DNA from: Raillietiella orientalis
Lineage: Eukaryota
Assembly (NCBI GenBank): GCA_036172245.1
Contig: JAYWIR010000001.1
Coordinates: 5,270,001 to 5,334,000 of the forward strand
DNA: 64,000 nucleotides
Direction of reading: 5' to 3'
The position numbers and the translations under genes were made by a program. The notes under the pieces are model-generated. The model had not been told where the DNA came from. It worked only from the letters and a program-made list of their open reading frames with translations, and ran no database searches. Positions 27,401-42,100 of this stretch are shown in pieces (the stretch's first letter is position 1; every line of letters starts with the position of its first letter).

Positions 27401-30400
27401 GCCAGCATACCATAGATGCATAGTCTCACGTGCGGAACGCTTCCCAGTCTTCTTGCGATGAGAGTGGAGCGAAGAAACGAACGCTGTTCTAGCCATTAAG
27501 AAATCTCGACTCTGAGGCTGTCCCCCAAATTGAATTAAGCAAGGAATTCTTGGCAATCCAAATGGGCGCTTTTACTGTTTCCCTTTCTTTACCATTTATG
27601 TTCCTATCTTACCTGCTTAGAGGAGGACTTAATTCCCAGAGCTCGTTATCGAGTTCGAAAAGTCCTTCTTCCCATTAAAATCATGCCTTTCTTTCTTCAG
27701 TTCTTTTTTTTTTCCAAAAAAAAAAAAGTCGAAATTGTGAGTATTCACCCGGGAGTTGGTTTACCTCAGAACCCTTTTTACTGCACGTGAACTTCTAAAC
27801 TAATGCAAATAGACGTGGAGCAACTTCAGTTCCTCCTCTTTCATTTTGAAACTTCGCCTGATGGGTTGTGGGGATTTTGTCACTCCGTTTTACCTCGAAT
27901 CGACATTTCCCTCCCAGCCCCGTGTTTGGACGCCGCTCCATCCTTACTTGAAATCCTGTGAGGTTTGAGAGCAGCCCCGTTTTAAAATGAACGTCTGTGC
28001 TCTCCATGTGTGTGTACGAAGTCTCTCCGTCACATACCGCTCTGGTAAGGTACTGTCCGAGCTCAAGTCAGTCTCGCCTCAGCCTCCTTTGGAAGTGAAA
28101 GCGGCCCATCTCCCAAGCAGAGTTGATGGTGGAGTCGTTTTCAGGAAATGGGGAAGAAAAGGTGATCTTCCCAAACACCACACTGATTGAGTTCAGTTTT
28201 CCAATTACCAAGTGCACTGAGCCGGAAGGGATTCTTCTACTGGTCTGGGTCAGGCTCAGAACGTGAAATCCTCACGCATTTTAAGGGAACGCCATTGTTT
28301 CTGAATGTATTTCTATGTTGCGAAGCAAAAGTGGAGCGGTCGCTCCAGAATCAGTGGAATCACTTCCTGTCTTGCCTGATCAAAAGGTTTTATTTTCTTC
28401 CTTGAATCGCCAGCATCCAATTAGCAGAAATGGTTTCCTTCTTTTGCTGGTCTGCTTGAGCTTAGGCCTGGTGATGCGGTCGCTTTCATTTGCAGGCGAA
28501 CTGGGCGCTTGTTCGGTCTGCATGCGGTAATTTCAGGCATGTCGTCAGGTTATTTCAGATCGCACGCAGTGTATGCGGTTGCCTGTTTGTAAGAACTCTA
28601 CAGTCCACTCTACAGTTCGTCTTTCCACTTCCTTTCTCCAAACTCAGCGATTTTCACTGCGAGATAGCTGCAAACTTGCTAAGGAGTCTGTATTACGATT
28701 GCTAGCCAGCTTTCATGCTTTTGAAGACAACTGTTTGTACGATACTGTTCTGTCAATACCAGCGGGTTCGACAGTGAGCATCTCGGATTCCGTATTCTGA
28801 AGGACTACTTTCGGAATCTATTCGCTGAAATGGCAAGCCTAGGCCACATTCCAAGATTTGAGATTACTGCGTAGGATTTTTCTCAGCCTGAGTCACAAAA
28901 AGCTCGATGATCGCATCCTTTGACTCCGTCCTTTGTCTTGTGTTCCCCGCAGAAAATCTTCCGTATTGAAATTTTGGTTATGAAGATGACGATGCATCCG
29001 ACGTGAAGGCGATTTCCGTTCTCCAACGTGTAGTGCTGCCGCATTCATCGATGAGGAAACTGCTGGGTAGACAGGATAAAATGAGGTTTCCGGACATTTC
29101 TCTACCCGAGTCTCGAAAAAGATTCTGCTGTGTCGAGATGTGTGAGAATCTGACTGGACTTGATGATTTTTCGAGCGGCATGCTCCCAGTATCTGGGAAC
29201 CTTTTTGAAAGCAAACCTCTTTTACAGAGTATCTGTACGTGTTCTCAGAAACACATCCTTCCCGTAAAGGAAGACGGAGTTGTTTACATGGTGAAGCCAG
29301 TAGGTTCATGAGAGTGTACTTTATCTTGTAAGTCCGTTCTCTACAAAGTGGACCACAGTGGGCAAGAACTGTATCCCCCCCCCCCTTTTTTTTTTGGCAA
29401 TTCCAGTTTTTCAGCATAAAATCTGGAAATTTTCCATCGAACAGTCTACAGGATGCTGCGTGCGCCATCTTATCTTACTTTTTTGTCCGACAGAAAGGTC
29501 TCTGCAAAATCTGTGAAGCGGTTTCCGTGTTGCATTTGTGGATTTTCGATGTAGCACGAAACACTGCTCCGGGACTTTGCTGTTCCCTGTGCTCCTAGAC
29601 ATATCTGGAATTTTCTCTGTTCAGTCTGGGAAACGGATTCGAAGTGAAGCTGATTCTAATCACCGGTTGAGGAGCAGTGGTTCATGTGGCGAAACTACTA
29701 ATTTCGACTGCACGCTAACAAGGGTCCGTCGCGAAATTCCCCGTTTTTTGTGTGTGTTTTTTTGTTTCCCAGATTTCTCTAACCAAACTTGAAAACTGGA
29801 TAGGGAAGCAATTACATACTGTTTTCTGACAGGTTTTCTGACAGTGATGAGCGTGGAAGGGGAAGAGAAGCCACGCTCTCCTACGAGTTGTGAAAAGAGC
29901 AGAAATTACCGGAAAGAGCATTAAAGTTAACAAACTTCGGTTTGCAATCTGCAGACTCGCCACAGTATTAACAACATGACCAACTATACACCACATGTTC
30001 AAGGATACGAATTTTGCCAATACGGTGATTTTTTTTTTTTTTTTTTTAAAAAAAAATAAACACATCGAGCAAACGATCGAGAGAATCTATCGCCTACTTT
30101 CCAAGGGAAAGCAAAAGGAAGAGGGTGCCGACGTAGTCTAGCCGAGTCAGCCTCAAAACCTGAACCTTAGTATCGAACTGTTTCTTTCGTATGTTTCGTC
30201 ACAGTCTCCCTGCTCAAGCACTGAAGTCTAACGGGTTAAATGACACAGAGGAACATGTTACCACATTACGGTATGCGTGGGCACGGTCACTTCACGGCTT
30301 AACACTTCCTAGAGTGCATCACCAAGCGTTAAGTTCGTACATGATCTTTTCATCTGCACATTTTTGCCTGTCGCTACTCAAGCATTCCTAGTTGTCTTTT

Positions 30401-31065
30401 GGGTGCGAAGACACTGATCGGCAAACGCTAGTCTGAGGTTCCTTGGATTTATGTGAACTGGTGCGACATGTTGAAACGAGTATCTTTGCAAACAGATGAA
30501 CAGTTACTTTGACTGCGTCTTTAGGAAACCCAACATTTGCGAGGACAAAAACGGTCGCATCTCGTTGTCCAAGTGAATTTCTTATGATTGTTGCGGATGT
30601 CTTAGTAACAGCCTATGGAAACGTGGATGAGTGATTGATTTTCATGGGCTTCAAAAGGTGAGTTCCACCACTGGAGCTTCCGGTGCATTCAGAGTTAATG
30701 TGGATGTATGCTCCTCTAGGTGAATCACGCATTGAATCACTTTGAGATTCTCGTGACTCATTTCTTCATGAAGCCAAACTTTCAGAGATACTGATAATCA
30801 TCGCGAAATTCTGAGCCCCATTCATTTTGCAGGCCACGGAATCGGTCACAATGATTTCGCTTCCGTGAGGCGGCCGTGAATTTTGTTTACCTTCTGAGCA
30901 GCGCTTCCTTTCATTCTAAAACAGCTCGCTGCTTGCAAACCCCTGAGCTACCAAGCTGCAGCGCTCTTCTTTTCCCAATGAAACTACTCTCTTTAAATGC
31001 TGAAGTTTTTTTCATCCATTTTCATGAGCACCATTCAGTGGACGTAAAAGCACGTTCTATTTCAG

Positions 31066-31142
31066 CATCCATACCCATCCGAGGATCAGAAGAAGCAGCT
31101 TGCACAGGATACAGGATTAACAATACTGCAAGTTAATAACTG
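31066..31142 (+). CDS. hth: hth homeobox exon: TALE loop, helix 2 and start of helix 3 ([25 protein letters not shown]+W), 77 nt, phase 0-2
   Basis: Acceptor ttctatttcag|CAT and donor CTG|gtgaga; contains the PYP motif diagnostic of TALE homeodomains. Confidence 0.97.
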
Positions 31143-34100
31143 GTGAGAAAGTTCAATAATTTCCTTGTTGTTCACATATGTTGATGTAACAAAAAAAAAT
31201 TGTTGTTTGTAACATCCACGAGCATAGAAAGCGAGAGATTTTCGTCCAAGTCAGAAAGTTTGTCCGAAATGAATAACTGGTTGGTTATCGTGCTCTTTTG
31301 CCTCCCAAGAATCGGTGAGGTAGGTGTCTTCGGTGTCCAACGTGATCTTCCATAACGCATGACAGCCATCCCCAGCGAACACTGCGTCCGATTCGAGCGT
31401 GAAGCATCCGCTTCAAGATAGCATGCGTATTTTTGGCGTGTGTCAGTCCTTCGGGGTTCGGGCTGCACCACTGTGCCATCGATCACGAGAATGCACGCCT
31501 TTTTTATTCTGAAGGAGTTGGCATGTGATGATTGGTCTTCCGCTTCCCTCGTCCACGCAACTGCAAGGTTCATTGACGGAAAGACGCGCCCAACGAAGTA
31601 TTTTAAGCGCCTTCCCCTTGCTCTCCACGTTGTCTTCCTTCCTTATGGGATGTCTCAGCGCTTAGCAATCGGATGACGTTTCGCTAATCCCAAAGCCTAC
31701 AAGAGTGCACAGCCGCATTCTCGATTGTCGGCTGCTAATTGCCCTACGGACACGGGGTTCTCTGTGAACAAGGAAGATGCAGTTTCCAGAAATACGGCTC
31801 ATACTCTATTCTTTCGTCGGCTGAAGAATAAATTTCCTGCAATGCGTCAGAAGCCAAACGGAATGTTGGCACGAGCACCAGTGGTTTGGATCCGCTTGCA
31901 AATCTTTCGTGAGCTTCTTTGAGGTCTTGAGCTCTCCCAGAAACCATTGTACTAAGAATCAGTACTTTTTTCCAGTGTTGCTTACGTCTTCTGTACATTA
32001 AAAGAAAAGAAGAGAAAAAAAAAGAGAGGAAAGACAGGCACGCGAGCATACCAGCAGCCGTTTCCTTCCAAGTCGATTCTGGGAAGCGGTTTCTGATGCT
32101 CACGCATACGAAGAGATGGGAGCGATCTACTAACGCGATACGGTTTTTGCACGTTCGGTTTCTCTAAGAAGTCCTGCTCGATTCTGTGGATTTTCTTGAA
32201 GCAGTTCTCTTTCCCACAGCATCCATTGTAGCCGCTAGAAAAGAAAAGAAAAAAAAAAAAAAAAAAAGAAAAAGAGGAGGAAAAAGAAATTAACCGTGAT
32301 GCATCGTTGATAACACTGGAGGGATCCTCTGGGAATAAGTTTCCCTCAGTATAATGGTCTCAAAATAGCTGCTGAAACGCGTCGATAAAACAGAATGCAG
32401 CTTAAAATTAAGAAAATCGAGTTGGTAGGCAGAAGTGAAGATTTCCAACCTGATGCTCTGTGCTTCTTGTGTCTTCCGTTATTGTTTTCTGGTAAATGGC
32501 GCGTGGCGGAATTCCGAGTGTACCCACTCTTCTCGCGTGCATTTTGATGAGAATCGCAATTTCCTTTTTTATTACCGTTTTGCTGAGAAACAAGGAACGC
32601 GGCCTCTCGAAAGTTTGCACTCGGAGGATAACCGTAAGAAATACGCACGTATTAAGCGGAAAACGACATTGTTTGGAGCAGTACCAAACACTTTGAGTAC
32701 ATTCCTTCTCGAATAGCATTGACAAATGTATACCAAGGAGTCAGAAAACACCATCTGAGACTTCGACAACGACTTCTCGTCACTAGTTCGTTTCCCAATT
32801 GTCCTCGTTCGGGTTTTTCTGCAAGCCCCACACAGCCATCTTCAGAAAATACCAAAAGTTTTCCATATCAGGTAGCATTTGTCGTAATGATGGAAACAGT
32901 TATGAACATGCGTGCGCGCTCCATTCATTCCTTAAAGGAATTGCTCGCTATCACTCCGTAGTGTACAAATGGAAAAGCACGCTAGAAATTCATCAGAGCA
33001 CACTCCTTTGCGATGGTGTTGATTACGGATCACTGCAAATTTGTTATTTTTGCGATGCGAATGTTCTGTGGGAGTGAGGCGCAGAGGCTTAGCTGGAGGA
33101 GGGATCTCAAACTCAAGCTCCGGTGTTGGGAAAGGCACCAGCTGAGCGAAGTAAACTTACACTAACTCGCTGAAATTACCGGCGAAATTTATCGTGACAG
33201 AGATAGTGGTGGACTACTCACGCTTAAGTATTCCCTTCGTACCCCCACTGAGGTCTGTTATTCACACCAGTACTTGAACGTTCCCATCCTAGGTGGATTT
33301 TCTTGTGAGTGACGTAAAGTGGTTTGACAGCATCGGGACCCGGGATGGCACGCCCGCGTTCATGAACCAAAGCGAGTCTTCCCGGAGCGAAGGCTTAGCT
33401 CTTCGTGCAACTTCTCCTCTTGTTACACAGTTCGAGTGTGTGCGAATGCGTGTGTCGCAGTCTGCGGAAGCTTGTTTGGACACAGACATCAAGGAAATTA
33501 ATGATTTTCGGAAAACACCCACCACCTCCAAGTCCAGGCAGAGTGTTCCGCGGAAGATTTGAACCGGATCTGCCTTTTCGCTTGATTTTGTGCAGGCTGT
33601 GCATCAGCCAGAGCTAGTTTAATGGGGGCCCATTACAAGGGAATAGGGAACAACAGCCTAGCAGAAATTCCAAGTAAATCGGCTTAGCCGTCGTACGCAG
33701 GCGAGGAGGCGAAGAAGCCGTGAAATGCCAGGACGAATGGGGGTTTCGATCTGATTCCTGCAGCAGCACATTCCCTCCACGATCGTCACTTTTCTGATGA
33801 GTTTTCTTCGCGCGTGTACTTTTCGAAACGCTGCCCCGAGTGGTGCATTTTCTTCTTTCAACGGAATCTCCAGTTCTCACTTCTCCTGTGAATTAAGAGA
33901 CTTTTTGGTTCCTCTGACCCCCTCGTCAGAATGCAGACGTTCTTTCAATAAGACTCTCTTTTCTTTTCTTTTCTTTTCTTTTCTTTTTTTTTGTGCCGGT
34001 CGCGCCGAGCGGGGATGCCTCTGAAGTCCTACCACCGCCAGCAAGTCGGAAAACCGAAAACTTTCCTCGTGTGCGCGTGTTTTTCCTGTTTTCGTTTTCC

Positions 34101-37100
34101 GAATTCCAGCTTATCAGCTTTGGCAATCTCTTGCTCTTCGATTCAAACACCCAGGTCGGTTCGGAATGAACTGCGGCGACGGAGCCACATTGCCAGAACA
34201 CTCTGCTAAACACATCCTCCCGTTCCTCAGCCGGATCTTCTTCGATCATGTGTGCTTATTTATCTGCTTGCATCCCTCTCGTGCTCGGAAGAATGCGAGA
34301 CTTCTCCCGTGTATATATAATCAGAGTTCATTAAACCGCCGAACATCTGGTTCCAAAACGAAAATTCAACAATGTGTAACAAACGATATGTAATTAATCT
34401 ACCGATTCATTAACAATCGGATTTTCAGAAATCTCATTAATTTTTGCACGTATTTGAGAGATGAGCGAGATTTCTTGAGTGATGCTGAATTCATTAGTGT
34501 CTCAGTTTCCAGTTTCTTTGGTTCGATTGCTTCTCAGATCCGCGAGCAAGCTTGTATAATTGCCTTGTCTCATCTTGGGTTTTTACACACAGTGGAGCTT
34601 TGCATTCGTTTTTGCGTAGTATCCACGGCTACGGCAGTCGTATGGAATTTTTGCTTGAGGCAGAAACTTGCACAGGCTTCAAAGATAATTGTTCCTTTAC
34701 TTTTTTGGCTGCCAGCATGTAAGACTCTGATTAGTTGAGAGTAATGAGTGACGGTTACTGAAGACTAATCACAGAAAAGTAGCGAACTTATAATTTCAGT
34801 TAATTTTTTTTTTTTTTTTCCCTCTCTCTAAAGTATTTTTCTCTTTCTAATTTTAGAACCTCCCTCCTAGTTCAGTATCTTTGTTGTTGTCAGGGAAATC
34901 TAAACGAACTTCACGAAGTATTTCGTAAGAGGATTTCGGTGGGTCCATTCCGTGTTGTTGTTCACAGAAAATAGACGAAAGCTTGTGTACAAACCCTTCT
35001 TCAGATCGCGTTCAGAGGTTTTCCGTATTCTTTTTACAAAGTGGGAAGCTGTTGCGTAGCTATGTCGTTTGAATCAGGAATATGCTTCGTGGGAATTCTC
35101 ATGCGAAGAAATATAAAAACTTCGAATCGGGTGCACCAACTGCTTTGTGATATGGCGAGCATTTCTTCCAGGATTCTAATCCATCTGTCTTTGGCGTTTG
35201 AGTGTTAAATTTCTTCCGATTTGGACTTCTTGAACATGAACTTGAACCTGAATTGAAATTATATTTCCAAATACATTACCCACTCGCATACCATGGTTCT
35301 GCTATCAACAGGTATCGGAATTTCGACTTTCGAAACCAAATATATTTGCACATATATATTAATATATGTATATATGAAAAGACATGTGTGCTTTATCCAT
35401 AGCTTTCGTTAGATGAGGTCTTTTAAAGTTTATTGCATCACCTCACTGAATCCCCTCAACTTCAGGATTGTTTGGTCGATGGTAGTGGTGTGCTTTCGTT
35501 TCTTATGTCCTTCCCCTTGGAAGGCGTTTCCATGTCGCAATGTCAGTCCAACTGTTCACCCTTTTGCGCTTTGCTCGGCCGTCCATTGCATCGAGAGCTT
35601 TCATCCGGAGAAACCTCTGTAGAGGGTTTTCAAGTGAAATGATGATCGAATAGGATTTCAAAACGTGTTTTTCCACAGTTCACCTAACGAAACTTGAAGA
35701 AGGAGAAAAATGAGACCTAATCCGTGTTTATTAAATTATACATTACTTAAACCGATCGAATAGAAAGGAATTTAAAGCGGGAGTCTCAGAAAATTACGAT
35801 TTATGGATTTGATTTTAACCTCTCCTGGGGACACTTGGAGAGGAGGAGTATCTTTTGAAATTATCTTCAGGAATGATCTCAGGAAGAGATAACCCACTAA
35901 CACCATATGTTTCGTGCTTTCGATGAGAAGACAATAACGTAGACTATCCTACCTCCCACGTGGAGAGCTTTTATTTATCTGGTCTGATATCCCACAGAGA
36001 AAGTTCCGAACCCCGTTTTCAACCTTTTTCTTTTGCTTCGCTGACTCCAGTGACAATTGCATGACAGCTTTACAAGAGGATTCGAAAGTCACCAAGTCGA
36101 AGACTCTCTACCCAGCATAGTTTGATAATTGCTTTCCGTACATCAGCCGTTCGCAAATGTTTTATTTTTCTGACCGTCGTAGAGATTGTACTGTTATCGC
36201 TGTTACGAACTCTGGAACCCAGGCGTGAGCATCAGAAAATCACGAAATTTTATTTTTATTTTTTCGGAATCGGGCTTTACGCGAGCGGTAGGTTCTGCTT
36301 TAATGATTTGTCATGTTCACCTTTTCTCATTGTCTGAACATTCCTAGGGATTCTTGGGGCTTCTATGAAACGTGCGTAGATCTCCGTCCGCGAAGATTCG
36401 CCCATTTATAACTGGAAACGTGTGAGGTTCTTGTGTCTGTTGCTAACAGTGCATTTTCTTTCTATGAAGCCGTGATACTGTTGTAAACGCTGCTTTTTCG
36501 GCAAGTACATTGGTGGATGTGTACTTCCGCACAAACTCCGTCGATCCTTTATTGCTTGTAATGCATTCGTTCATCAAAGTCCAAGCAGATTTGCTACGAC
36601 TAATACCGTGTGAAAACAAAAGGAGATGCTCCCACCACGAAACTCCGTTTTTGTTTTTCTCGCTGGTTGTCACCCAGCAAGATTCTGCGCTTTAGCGCAG
36701 TTTCCTCCTTTGATTTTCTTGAAAATCTTCCTGATCTAACGAAGTAGGAACCACAAAAGACGCATCGCGAAAACTTTCAAAGATTCGAGATTTTAACTCG
36801 TTTCGAGGCACATCTTGTTTGAAAAGTTTTGTGGTTTCTTTTAAAATCGCTTCTAACTTTGGACGGTGTGTTCTTGTACCTCTGCATTTGCACTTTGTTT
36901 GAATTACGTAGGCATTCGGACATTTATGGTTCAGATCCTCTGGATTTCGAGCAGCACACTGCTTGAAATCTGATTCTCGAACACACGATTAAAATGCAAG
37001 CATCCCTTTTGACTCTTAACATGGTGCACGCAACGTGAAATCTGCTGCCTTCTGACGATTACTGCTCCTCTTGTCTTACTATTACGAAGAATAAATGTGT

Positions 37101-39112
37101 GCCCATGGGGGAGGTTCCGTGCGTTATAATTCAAAAACTAAGTTAATACCATAACAACGCTTTGCATAATTTTTAAAATGATATGCTTACGACACAGTGA
37201 AGTAATTTAATAGAGCACAATGATTTTTTGTATGCAAAAGCTTTTTGCGCGTTAGCAAACCTTCCGACGCTGCTCGATGAGATCCATTCCTCAGAATCCG
37301 TAGAATGGCGCATCTTTTCACCTAGAAACACAAATTATCCTTCGTTGAAATGCGTTCAACTACAGTGTTTCGATATCTTAAAGCTCTGAGGTGATTAAGG
37401 GAATTGAAATCATTCCGAAGAAGGCTGAGGCGAACCTCGGTAATGGGCCGATTGATTCTGCATACTTTTTGTGTTGATTTCATTCGATTCTTTACCTACA
37501 AATGCTTTAAGAATTCCGAACCCATCGGCGATAAATCTCGAAAAGGGTATTTGAACTTCTGTGCTTGATAGAATGAAGCGATGGCCAGCTTCATATATAT
37601 TTTGTTTGTTTGTTTTCCAATCCATAACACATTTCATTGGGAACCTTGAAGCAATAAATTTGGTAATGGAACGCTGATCGGAAAAATGGTGCTTTTTTAG
37701 GTTTAACAAACGATCATGGAAAGCAAACATGGAATTGTGAATACAAATTTATGTAATGAGCATTATTGTTTTCAATAACGCTCATTTGCATAAATTTGCA
37801 TCGACACTTTAAGGAAGGTGCAAGAAATCAGTTTAGAAGACCCCGATATTGAAATCGTTGAAATCATTTGCTTATTCTCTGTAAATGCCGGGCGTTAGCT
37901 TGTTTTAGTTAGCATGTTTAAATCTCAGTTGTGCATCACCTGCAACAAGCCAGGCTCCTCATACTTCTGGAGATTTACGAATTCTCTGGATAATTTTTCA
38001 AAAGTTCGTTCTGCCTGGACGAAAGTTTAGTTTTTTTAACGAATCGAATTGCAAAGTGGCCGAAATATGATTTGTATTTGCTTATACATCAATCTACAAA
38101 TAGAATTTTGAAATTTCAAGTCATCGTGCCTTTCTCGTTATGCATATCTCTTCCTTTTCCCTACCATTCTATTTTCCCGCTAGATCGCGCAACTTTGTGA
38201 ACTCGTTCATTCAACAGTATTGTAGATTCGAATGAGCGCTAACGAGCATATCGAAAACAAGCAGTCTTGTAGTAAAGGAACTTCGATGCGTTTTGGAGCT
38301 TCTGCAGCACTGGAGAGCTGTTTCGAGAATATTCTCTGGAAAAAGACCCTTGAAAAGGACTTGTTAAAAGGAACTAACGCGTGTTACAAGATCACAAAGT
38401 AGGAAATGCTTTTTGCGTTTTGAACAACACAGGAAAATCACGATGTACAACGCAAGCATGCAATCCTTACAGTATTTCATTCGGTTCCCGCGTGTATTGT
38501 GTTTTCTCTCTCCCTCTCTCCCTTTCGTAATTGCCGAAAATGACTGAATTACAAGACTGCAGTTGATGTCTGGATGAATAATAACTACAAAAGTGCGCCT
38601 TTTTTCCATTTGATGAAACAATGAATGTTTACAAATTTGTCGTCTTCCCAAGCATAGTGAGCATACGCGCTGCAATAGTGAGTGCTTACTGCAACTTTAA
38701 TTCCTCACATCTGGTCTCATTATCTGTAGCTTTGACTTTTGAACTCTTTGCATAAGAGCTGTAAGGTATACCTTTTTTTTTTTAAAAAAAAAAAAACAAG
38801 TACACTTTGCTCATCTTATCTTTTGGATGTGCAGTATCCCTTGCCAGTGTGGTGAAACGGTAGTCTCTTTGGCAACTTTGACGCACTTAAAGTTCTCTGG
38901 TATTTAGAAGCCCTGCGCTTTCTTTCCTAACGCTCTTTTAAGTTGGTGGCATTGCTTTTGCATGGAAGCTGTTTCATATATTTATTAACTGACGAAACTT
39001 CTTCCGGACGGAAATGGATAATGATCGAGGAAGCAAGAGGACGAAAATGTTTCCAAGATCACTCACATGAAGCTGCAATTCCCCAATTTAATTGTGCTCG
39101 TTCGAGATGGTT

Positions 39113-39132
39113 AGAGAGAGAGAGAGAGAGAG
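39113..39132. repeat. (AG)10 microsatellite
   Basis: Read directly from the sequence. Confidence 0.85.
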
Positions 39133-42100
39133 GAACTTGGGATTGCAGGAATCAGGAAAAAGAAACATTAGACCGTCTTCTATGAGCTTCCTTTAACGTC
39201 TCGGACAATTGTATGCATTGACAGTCATTGACTTACGTTATCTTCTCTCATTCTAATGGTACAATATATAGACAAGAAGAGGAAAAACAGGGTGAGCGCT
39301 GGAATATGTATGTATATATATATATATGTTGTTTATGATCGAGCTACTGATCCCTCCAAATGCCTTAATTGCATCTCCTGTCAGCGATTCAGGTTCTGGT
39401 GTCTGATCTTTAGCATCATACTTTGGAGATTTCATTACTGGAAATGCCTCGGAAACAAAAGGATGGGGTGTCAGGGGGATTTTTTCTTATCTGGATGCCA
39501 TCTTTGTTTTGTTGTCTCTTTTCCTCATGTTTATATCTCTGCAAGGTCGGTTCGTAGGCGCTGGGCGCAAAGACAAGAGCTAGAAAACTTAGTCCGAAGA
39601 GTTCGTTAGTTCATGTGCATTAGCAAGGAAAGCATTGTGGCGTTTCTTGCGATGACGATGTGTGTCTTCCGTCGGACATCAGTGTAGAGTGGAACTCACA
39701 AGTAGGTGGGTCTCACAAGGAGGAATATGGCTGTGCTGGAGGCATGCTGTCTGTGCTTCGAAGATGGTGTTGATTGCTTCCCCAAATAATGTTTGTTACG
39801 GAGTTTTCACCAAACCGAACATCCTAGGATCGATAATTACCGCTCTTGGGAATTCAGATGCTGTGCCTAGCGGAGAGCGTTTCTCCAACAGTAAATTCGC
39901 GAGCTGAAAAGAAATTTCCAGCAGAGCCATCTTTCACTCCCAAGAAACAAGAAAACAGAAAACGAAGAAAGAATCTCGTACGAGAGACCGAACAAGTACG
40001 ACAGCAGTCCGGTTTTCGAGGCAGGAAAAAAGGAGTGAAATCGTAAGCATCCAAATAGCTCGTGTTCCAGATCACTAATAAGCTGAAGTGTCATTTCCTC
40101 GCAAATAATAAAATGTCTACGAGTGTCGGAAGCAAACGTCAGTCCAAACACGAAAGGGCTCTTCAACTGCTCGCGAAACAACAGTTCTCTGATATTGCAT
40201 TATGCAAACAATTGGAGCAAACAGTCTTACAGGATGCTTTCACTGGGAGCTTCGGTTCTTTCAATGCACTGCGATCAAACCCTTTCCCATAATAGATATT
40301 CGGGGTGAAAAAGAGGTATCTCTCCGTTGTGTCAAACTAATGAGGCTAATGGGGAAAAGCGCATTTGTCATTAGATTAGTATTCGGGATGTTTGTTTTGC
40401 AGAGGGCATTTGTGATGCGCTGATAGGAATCAAAGCGTGTTCGGTTATCGCTGAGTACCTGCTCCCGGTTTCCATTGGAGGATATTTCAGAGTCTTCCCT
40501 ATATGTGTCTTTGCGAGTTAGCCAGAGGTGGAAGACCGGAGAATCATAAAAAAAAATTCCTGAAAATGCGCAAGAATCGAGGAAGTACTCTTCGAAACAC
40601 TACTGAAATAATCTGGAACTAAAGTTTATGCCGGTCAGAAGTGCTACCTTTTCACCCTCAGATAACAGCATTGTATAAACCAAAGAACGTAACGTTTTTT
40701 AAGTGCTTAGGGTTGCTCCTGATGCTATGCTTAATGTTTTTGTGTTTTAAAGGGGAAAAAAATCGAGCGTTCTTGCAACATTTTTTTTTAAAAAAAAGAT
40801 AAGGGACGAGAGAAAAAGGTGTTCGTCCACTGCGCCTGCAGCTTGCCTGTACTTGGCCATTTCTTTCTTGTTCTGTTTATCCACTGTCCTTAGTTGCTAT
40901 GGGTAAGGACAGTGACTTCATCGCTGCGAGTTAATCTTCAATTATCTTTACTGTTTCGACTCTTTATGCTTTTTACACCCATGATTCGTGAAAGAAAAGA
41001 AATTCGGCAAGGGTGTTTCTCTTCACATTTTCATCGCAGTACACCCTTATAACGTTACCGGCATTTTCCATGTCTACGTTGCCATTACTCATCCTATTCT
41101 TTGTGAAAGAGAAACTTATCTACGAAACTCGAATACTGAGGTCGACGCTCCAAGCCCAAACCACACGCCGTTGTAGCTCGTATTTATTGTCTCGGAATAC
41201 ATGTTGTATTCCTTTGGATCGCCAAACATTTCGATGTGTCATCATCAAAGACAACCGGCAAATGCATCTCCGTATTTTGTAATGTGCACATATCCACGAA
41301 AATACTAAGTTCAGTATTCCTGTTTTATGTGTGTGCCTGTTTTACTGAATCCGGTGTAAACTCTGTAGTGGTAATCCCAGGCCATTAAGTGGCCATCGCA
41401 TAGGCACTCTCATTTCATCTTTTAGTGTTTTTCAATGGGACAGAGAAGACAGGTACAAAACCAGCAAATTTCCGATTTACAATACTTTAGAAGAATTTGG
41501 TGACTGTTACGTTTGCAGCAAAATTTCACTGTACGTGATTTTTCTGTTGCTTTCACGGTCGGAACAGATTGGTTCCAAGGGAAGGGACTTTAGTCGTTTA
41601 TCTTCAGCTAAACCTCGTCAATGATCCTTTCTGCAGCGAAGTTTAGCCTGCTTACGGAGACTTTCACACTCTCTACAAATATCTCCCCCATGCTCCAAAA
41701 ACCCGATTTCTCTTCATATGTCAGCTCTCAGTGTCGAGGTCTCCACATCGTTCATTTCTATTTTCTTTTTTTTTGTCATGACCAAAGTTTCTGTCTCGTG
41801 TTTGATATATATTGTTCTTGACCAGTGCTACTTGTCTTGGGCATTTCAGAAGGAAATTATTAAAAGATGCAACCAACAAGTTGAAGGCTTCCTAGATTGG
41901 GCAGGTGTTTCCTGTGCGCAGACAGGTCACTACGTACATACTGTCAGATTTTTGATGAGATCGGAAAGCAGTAATTTTCTTTAGGAGCGGCAGTAATATG
42001 GAGAGAGGTATTCAGGATGAACCTGACTCTACTTTCGAAATTCTTACCAAGGTGTACATGGATCGCTCAAGTTTTCCAAGTTTTCCATTGCTCGGCAACT

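Noticed and set aside
28893..29468. 191-aa minus-strand ORF and other 100-200 aa intronic ORFs
   Set aside because: No recognisable transposase, reverse transcriptase or other domain motifs, and several cross homopolymer runs.
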